Source: Candidatus Margulisiibacteriota bacterium
Lineage (GTDB): Bacteria > Margulisbacteria > WOR-1 > O2-12-FULL-45-9
Assembly (NCBI GenBank): GCA_043816785.1
Contig: JBDRHP010000055.1
Coordinates: 1 to 22,749 of the forward strand
Length of the DNA stretch: 22,749 nt
Direction of reading: 5' to 3'
Shown here piece after piece: positions 17,719 through 22,749 of this stretch. The position numbers were made by a program, and so were the translations under genes. Numbering within the stretch: the first letter of the stretch is position 1; every line of letters starts with the position of its first letter. The notes under the pieces are model-generated. The model made no database searches and was not told the DNA's origin. It was given only the letters and a program-made list of their open reading frames with translations.

Positions 17719-18981
17719 ATGGCGAAGAAAACAATATTATTGATTGCTGATGACCCCAGGACCGTGAACGCGGTTAAGGATATTCTTAAGCGGGAATATC
17801 AACTGGAAACCGTTAAGGACGCAGCCTCGGCTGCCGTTTTCCTGTCCCAAAAGCCTCCTGAGTTAATTATTATTGATTTTGAATTGAACGTCCGCGATGG
17901 CTTGCTGGTTTTTAAAGAACTTGGGACATCGGTCAAGGTCATTATGCTCTCTGCCTCAGATAGTATTCCCCTGGCTGTCTCAGCCACTAAACAGGGCGTG
18001 GCAGAGTTTTTAAGGAAACCGATCAATAGTGAGCAGCTAAGAAAAGCCGTTGACAAGAACATTGCTCAAGAAGAAATCAGGCTGCGCTGGATCGAGGGGA
18101 TGGCCTGGTTGAGTGGCGGAAGCCCGGCCGTAGAAAAAATGATGGCGGAGATCGGGACGGCCATTGGCCAGGACAAACATATAATTTTGTTAGCAGAGCC
18201 GGGGATCAAGATCGATAAGATCGCGCAATTCATCCATCATAATGGTCCGCGGCACAAGAGAAAAATGGTCAGGCTGGACCTGTCGGCTTTTCGCCAGGAG
18301 GCCCAGGAAACTCAGTTTTGGGCGACGATGCAAGAGTTGCTGGCTGCGCCTGCAGCAGATTCCTTGCTGGACGAGGCTGACCGCTGCGGTACTATTCTTT
18401 TTTCCGGCATTGATGATTTAGATGAGCATTTCCGCTTAAGTATCTTTAATTTCTTTGTTGAGCGGCGCGGCAAGAGCGACAAGAGCATCCGGGTCATTAT
18501 CAACTCGGCCGGGGATGTGAAAGCAGCCGGCAAAGAGTATGCGCGGGTGCGCATACCGCCGCTGGTTGAGCGCAAAGAAGATCTGCCTTATCTGCTGAAG
18601 TTTTATTTAAAACACTACTCAGACAAACACGGCAAGCGAGTGAAATATATTGCGGCCGAACTGCTGGAATTTCTGGCCGCCTATGATTACCCCGGCAATT
18701 ACCGTGAACTGGAAGGCCTGATCGAGAATGCGGTCTTGATGGCGACAAATGAGATTTTGGGTTTTGCCAATTTACCCTTTGACCAACAAGCCCTGTTGAC
18801 AGCCGCCTTGATCAACTCGTCCCAAAAAGATCTTTCTTTGGCCGAGGCGCGGCGCGGTTTTGAAAAAGACCTTTATCACGTCCTGCTAAAGAAAACAGAT
18901 GGAAAAAGCGATCAGGTGGCGGAGTTTCTGGATATCCCCCGGACAGTGCTAGCGGCGCGGCTTGAGAACCTGCTTGATTAG
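17719..18981 (+). CDS. NtrC-family response regulator (REC - degenerate AAA+ - Fis-type HTH)
   Basis: Receiver with IIID...SA...KP; bEBP tail IPPL.ERKEDLP.L, YDYPGNYREL...IE.AV; C-terminal HTH. The Walker A/B and GAFTGA motifs are not conserved. Confidence 0.85.
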   Translation: MAKKTILLIADDPRTVNAVKDILKREYQLETVKDAASAAVFLSQKPPELIIIDFELNVRDGLLVFKELGTSVKVIMLSASDSIPLAVSATKQGVAEFLRKPINSEQLRKAVDKNIAQEEIRLRWIEGMAWLSGGSPAVEKMMAEIGTAIGQDKHIILLAEPGIKIDKIAQFIHHNGPRHKRKMVRLDLSAFRQEAQETQFWATMQELLAAPAADSLLDEADRCGTILFSGIDDLDEHFRLSIFNFFVERRGKSDKSIRVIINSAGDVKAAGKEYARVRIPPLVERKEDLPYLLKFYLKHYSDKHGKRVKYIAAELLEFLAAYDYPGNYRELEGLIENAVLMATNEILGFANLPFDQQALLTAALINSSQKDLSLAEARRGFEKDLYHVLLKKTDGKSDQVAEFLDIPRTVLAARLENLLD

Positions 18982-20313
18982 GTTTTTTACTTCTTTTTTT
19001 TGTCTGCCTTCGGCAATGACGCGGATGATCGGCTCGGTATTTGAGGCTCTCACATGAATCCAGCTATTGAGCAAGACAACTTTTACGCCTTCGGTCAAAA
19101 TTAGATTTTTTTTGCGAAAACTATCTTTGACCTGCTCGATAAAGTCATCAGCTTGCGACTGGCTCTGGCAGCGGCGCTTCTCTTTGATCATGTAGTATTT
19201 AGGGATGGCATCTACCAACTGGCTTAGCGATTGACGGCTGGCGGCCATAAGCTTTAGAATGATCGCCATGGCGGCCAAAGCATCCCGATTAAAGCCAACC
19301 GGCGGATAAATCACCCCGCCGTTTCCTTCTCCGCCAATTAAGCCTTTTAGCTCTTTGAGCTGTTCAGCCACGTGGACTTCGCCGATCTTGGTGCGGATCA
19401 CCAGGCCCTCATGCTCACGGGCAATATCGTCGATTGCCTTGGTGGTCGAGAGGTTGGTGACGATCAGCTTTTTTTTACTGCCAAGCGTCTGGTTCTTTTC
19501 CAGGATAAATCTGACTGCTAAGGCCAGGGTTAATTCCTCGCCGATCGGCCTGCCTTGCTCGGAAACGATGGCCAAGCGATCGGCATCGGAATCAAGGGCA
19601 AAACCAATGTCAGCTTTTTTTTGCTTGATCAATTTGATCAGGCTTTTTAGGTTTTTGGCAATAGGTTCTGGATCATGGGGGAAGGGTTTTGTGACGTCGC
19701 AATTGATCGATTCAACCCGACAACCAAGCCGGTTCAAGAGTTTGGAACAAGCGACCGAGCCAGCGCCGTTAACGCAGTCCAGAGCCACCCGAAATCTTTT
19801 GCGCCGAATTGCCCCTGGCTTGATAATTTTTAAGACCTTTTTTATGTGAACGTCTATGCCAGAGGCATCTGTGACAATTTCTTTTGGTTTGCCCTTTTTA
19901 AATTTCTTGGTTTCGTAGAGCTTGATCAATTTGCGGGCCTGGTTCTCATTTAAAAAGATGCTATCCTCGCGCATAAATTTCAGGCCGTTCCAGGGCAGGG
20001 GGTTGTGCGAGGCGGTGATCACCATTCCGCCGTCTGCTTTGAGCTTACGGATCATGATCCCAACGGTTGGGGTGGGGCAAATGCCCAGATCGATCACCTT
20101 GCAGCCGGTTGAAAGCAGGCCGGAAAAAACAATGCCTTTGATAAACTCAGAAGAAGCGCGAGGGTCTGTCCCCACCACCACTGTATTGGCCGCGGGGCCG
20201 GATTTTTCTGCCAGCAGTGTGCCAAAGGCTTTGGCAAAGTCCAGACAAACTTCCGGGGTCAAAGAATCGGGCACCAAACCGCGAACGCCAGAAATACTAA
20301 TTTTTAGGGTCAT
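18949..20313 (-). CDS. Alpha-D-phosphohexomutase (phosphoglucosamine mutase/phosphomannomutase family)
   Basis: SISGVRG, VITASHNP, DSDADR, GGEGNGG, VRASNTEPIIRV. The start was moved to ATG 20313. Confidence 0.93.
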   Translation of the reverse strand: MTLKISISGVRGLVPDSLTPEVCLDFAKAFGTLLAEKSGPAANTVVVGTDPRASSEFIKGIVFSGLLSTGCKVIDLGICPTPTVGIMIRKLKADGGMVITASHNPLPWNGLKFMREDSIFLNENQARKLIKLYETKKFKKGKPKEIVTDASGIDVHIKKVLKIIKPGAIRRKRFRVALDCVNGAGSVACSKLLNRLGCRVESINCDVTKPFPHDPEPIAKNLKSLIKLIKQKKADIGFALDSDADRLAIVSEQGRPIGEELTLALAVRFILEKNQTLGSKKKLIVTNLSTTKAIDDIAREHEGLVIRTKIGEVHVAEQLKELKGLIGGEGNGGVIYPPVGFNRDALAAMAIILKLMAASRQSLSQLVDAIPKYYMIKEKRRCQSQSQADDFIEQVKDSFRKKNLILTEGVKVVLLNSWIHVRASNTEPIIRVIAEGRQKKEVKNLIKQVLKPRR

Positions 20314-20319
20314 AATTCG

Positions 20320-20348
20320 TTGACTATTATAACACAAACTGATACACT
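20320..20348. promoter_or_regulatory. Overlapping divergent sigma-70 promoters (mutase / amrB)
   Basis: Plus strand: TTGACT(20320-20325)-N17-TACACT(20343-20348). Minus strand: extended -10 TGTTATAAT (20334-20326). Confidence 0.6.
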
Positions 20349-20356
20349 CTAAAACA

Positions 20357-21151
20357 ATGAAAAACATTGAATTAGGCGCAATTATGCCCCATCCGCCGAT
20401 CATTATCCCGGAGATCGGCAAGGGACGCCTCAAAGAGGTTGAGCAAACGATTAATGGCTTGCAAGGCTTGGCCGAGCGGATGAAAACCAAGGATTATGAC
20501 ACGCTGATCATAATCACCCCTCACGGGGAAATTGGCCAGGCGTCGGTCCCTGTTTATACCAGTCATATTTTTGAAGGCAGTTTTAGTTCTTTTGGCGTGG
20601 CTAAGCCGGTTTATTCCTTTAAGGGAGATACGGAACTGGGTTTGGCCATTATCAAGGACTGCGACTTTGCTACCAGCTGTCCTGAAACCTTGCTGGATCA
20701 TGGGATTTTAGTGCCGGCCTACTTTCCTAAAGCAGCGGGGATCTCAACGCCAATCCTGCCGATCGCGATTGCTTTTATGTCGCTGGCTAAGTTATATGAA
20801 TTTGGAAAAAGTTTGGCCAAAACTGTCAAGCGCCTGGATCGCAAGGTGGCCATTATTGCCTCGGCTGACATGTCGCACCGCCTGACTCCTGACGCGCCGG
20901 CTGGCTTTAGCCCCCGGGGCAAAGAGTTTGATGAAAAACTGGTTGAACTGATCAAGAATTATGATGTGCCGGGGATACTAAATTTTGATCCGGCCCTGGG
21001 GGATGAAGCAGGGCAGGACGCTTTGTGGTCAATTGCCATTCTGTTGGGCGCTCTGGATGGCCTGACAGTCAGGCCTGAGCTGATCTCGTATGAGGGGCCG
21101 TTTGGCGTTGGTTACATGGTAGCGGCCTTTGAACCCTCCTACGGCGGGTAA
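20357..21151 (+). CDS. amrB: AmmeMemoRadiSam system protein B (Memo/LigB-like fold)
   Basis: MPHPPIIIPEIG, IITPH, LDHG..VP, IIASADMSHRL, SYEGPFGVGYMVA; adjacent to the AMMECR1 gene. Confidence 0.82.
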   Translation: MKNIELGAIMPHPPIIIPEIGKGRLKEVEQTINGLQGLAERMKTKDYDTLIIITPHGEIGQASVPVYTSHIFEGSFSSFGVAKPVYSFKGDTELGLAIIKDCDFATSCPETLLDHGILVPAYFPKAAGISTPILPIAIAFMSLAKLYEFGKSLAKTVKRLDRKVAIIASADMSHRLTPDAPAGFSPRGKEFDEKLVELIKNYDVPGILNFDPALGDEAGQDALWSIAILLGALDGLTVRPELISYEGPFGVGYMVAAFEPSYGG

Positions 21152-21157
21152 ACCCGA

Positions 21158-21670
21158 ATGAATGAGCATCCCGCAGTAAAACTGGCCCGGCAAACAATTG
21201 AGACCTACATCAAGGACGGTAAAGTTATTGCCCCGCCAAAAGATCTCACCGCCGAAATGAAAGAAAAAGCCGGGGTTTTTGTTTCCTTGCATAAAAAGGG
21301 GCAGCTGCGCGGCTGCATTGGCACTTTTAGTCCTACTACTGGCAGTGTGGCGCAGGAGGTTATTCGTAATGCGGTTGAATCTTCGACCAGGGATCCAAGA
21401 TTTCCGCCGGTCACAGAAGATGAACTGGCTGATCTGGAAATCTCGATCGATGTTTTAACGGACCCAGTGCCGGTTAAATCAGTTAAGGAGCTTGATGCCA
21501 AGAAATACGGAGTAATTGTTAAGGCTGGGGCCCAGCGAGGTTTGCTGCTGCCTGATCTGCCGGGAGTGAACACGCCCGAAGAACAGATCGCCATTTGCCG
21601 TCGCAAGGCTTGGATCGCGGATGAGGAACCAGTCGAATTATTTAAATTTGAAGTAAGACGATATCATTAA
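21158..21670 (+). CDS. amrA: AmmeMemoRadiSam system protein A (AMMECR1 domain)
   Basis: [32 protein letters not shown]. Confidence 0.93.
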   Translation: MNEHPAVKLARQTIETYIKDGKVIAPPKDLTAEMKEKAGVFVSLHKKGQLRGCIGTFSPTTGSVAQEVIRNAVESSTRDPRFPPVTEDELADLEISIDVLTDPVPVKSVKELDAKKYGVIVKAGAQRGLLLPDLPGVNTPEEQIAICRRKAWIADEEPVELFKFEVRRYH

Positions 21671-21676
21671 TAGAGC

Positions 21677-21742
21677 TGGAAACCCGCGAATAAACTTCGC
21701 GGTTTCCAAAATAAGGAGCCGCGACGTTCAGTCGCAGGCTCC
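21677..21742. repeat. REP-like doublet of related GC-rich hairpins in inverted orientation
   Basis: TGGAAACCCGCGAA-TAAAC-TTCGCGGTTTCCA (21677-21708) and GGAGCCGCGAC-GTTCA-GTCGCAGGCTCC (21715-21742). Confidence 0.75.
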
Positions 21743-21756
21743 AAATGGAGGTTGAT

Positions 21757-22749
21757 ATGATTAAAGCGGGAGTTGTTGGTGCCGGTGGATATGCGGGAGT
21801 AAATTTAATTGCCCTGCTGCTGCGCCATCCAGAAGTTGAACTTAGCTGGGTTGTTTCTGAAGACGCGCACCAAGGCAAGAAGATGTCAGAGCTTTTTCCG
21901 CATTTAACTGATATTTGCGACTTGAAATGCGGCACCTTAGCGGAAGTTGCCAAGTTAGCCAAGAAAGTTAACGTGGTATTTTTAGCTTTGCCGCACGGCA
22001 TTGCGCTGGATTATGTGCCGCAGATCTTAGCGGCTGGGGCCAAGGTTGTGGATCTGGGCGCGGACTATCGTTTTGATGATGAAGCGGTTTTTACAAAATG
22101 GTACCGGCTCGAGCACAAAGACAAAGCGGTTTTTAAAGAAGCGGTTTTTGGGCTGCCGGAACTTTTTAAAGAGCAGATCAAAAAAACACGCTTAGTTGGT
22201 AATCCCGGCTGTTATCCTACAGCTTCGATCTTAGGCACAGCGCCTCTGCTAAGCAAAAAGCTGATCGAGCCGGGGTTAATAATAATCGACGCTAAATCTG
22301 GCGTGTCTGGCGCTGGCCGCGCGCCAAAGCAGATCACGCTCTATTGTGAGTGCAATGAGGGCGTTAAGGCATATAGTGTAACCAACCACCGCCATATGGG
22401 GGAGATAGAGTATCAGCTCATCAGAATATCAGGAGATCAGACAGTAAAAGTCACCTTTGTGCCGCATTTGATCCCTCAGAGTCGGGGAATTTTAGCAACT
22501 ATTTATGCCAAACTGAAAAAGCCAGCTAAAACGGCTGAGCTAATGAAACTTTACAAGGATTTTTATAAAGGCCAGCCTTTTGTCCGGATCTATCCCACGC
22601 CCTGCACGAAGAATGTTTGCTTTAGCAATTTTTGTGATATTGGAGTTGAAGTCAATGAGGAGACGAATACAGTTATTGTTACTTCTGCCATTGATAATTT
22701 GGTAAAAGGCGCGGCCGGCCAGGCAGTGCAAAACATGAACCTGATCTTT
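21757..22749 (+). CDS. argC: N-acetyl-gamma-glutamyl-phosphate reductase (partial, runs off window; missing from ORF track)
   Basis: SD GGAGGT; MIKAGVVGAGGYAG, FLALPHG, VVDLGADYRF, GNPGCYPT, DAKSGVSGAGR, HRH, FVPHL, SAIDNLVKGAAGQAVQNMNL. Confidence 0.96.
   Translation, partial: MIKAGVVGAGGYAGVNLIALLLRHPEVELSWVVSEDAHQGKKMSELFPHLTDICDLKCGTLAEVAKLAKKVNVVFLALPHGIALDYVPQILAAGAKVVDLGADYRFDDEAVFTKWYRLEHKDKAVFKEAVFGLPELFKEQIKKTRLVGNPGCYPTASILGTAPLLSKKLIEPGLIIIDAKSGVSGAGRAPKQITLYCECNEGVKAYSVTNHRHMGEIEYQLIRISGDQTVKVTFVPHLIPQSRGILATIYAKLKKPAKTAELMKLYKDFYKGQPFVRIYPTPCTKNVCFSNFCDIGVEVNEETNTVIVTSAIDNLVKGAAGQAVQNMNLIF

Noticed and set aside
20314..20490. 59-aa N-terminal extension of the phosphohexomutase in the ORF track
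   Set aside because: It overlaps amrB on the opposite strand and the promoter region; the family starts at MTLKISISGVRG.
21642..22001. 119-aa minus-strand ORF (and 22540..22731)
   Set aside because: Antisense to argC, which the ORF track missed because its stop lies outside the window.

Overview
Mostly housekeeping bacterial DNA. The gene content looks Terrabacteria-like, possibly a Saganbacteria/Margulisbacteria relative, but this is a tentative impression and untested. From left to right: the 3' tail of an XRE-type HTH gene, a palindromic/heptamer repeat patch, tRNA-Val(TAC), a small coiled-coil ORF and a NodB-type deacetylase. A long minus-strand run follows: yqeK - LCP - rsfS - tRNA-Ala(GGC) - ppdK - dgt - dnaG - rpoD - truncated tRNA-Glu - GIY-YIG nuclease - tRNA-Glu(TTC) - U32 protein. 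Next come a GlmU-N-only nucleotidyltransferase, two orphan ORFs sharing a sigma-28-like upstream motif, a double-7TM sensor kinase with a degenerate NtrC-like regulator, a phosphohexomutase, amrB-amrA, a REP-like hairpin doublet and argC (running off the end). The most striking item is a 308-bp tRNA-Glu-embedded GIY-YIG cassette. It sits between two 59-bp tRNA copies that are identical except for a compensatorily rewritten anticodon hairpin, next to a perfect 20-bp palindrome and an octamer repeat that reappears inside argC. There is also a candidate riboswitch/attenuator upstream of yqeK, and several genes appear to be leaderless.
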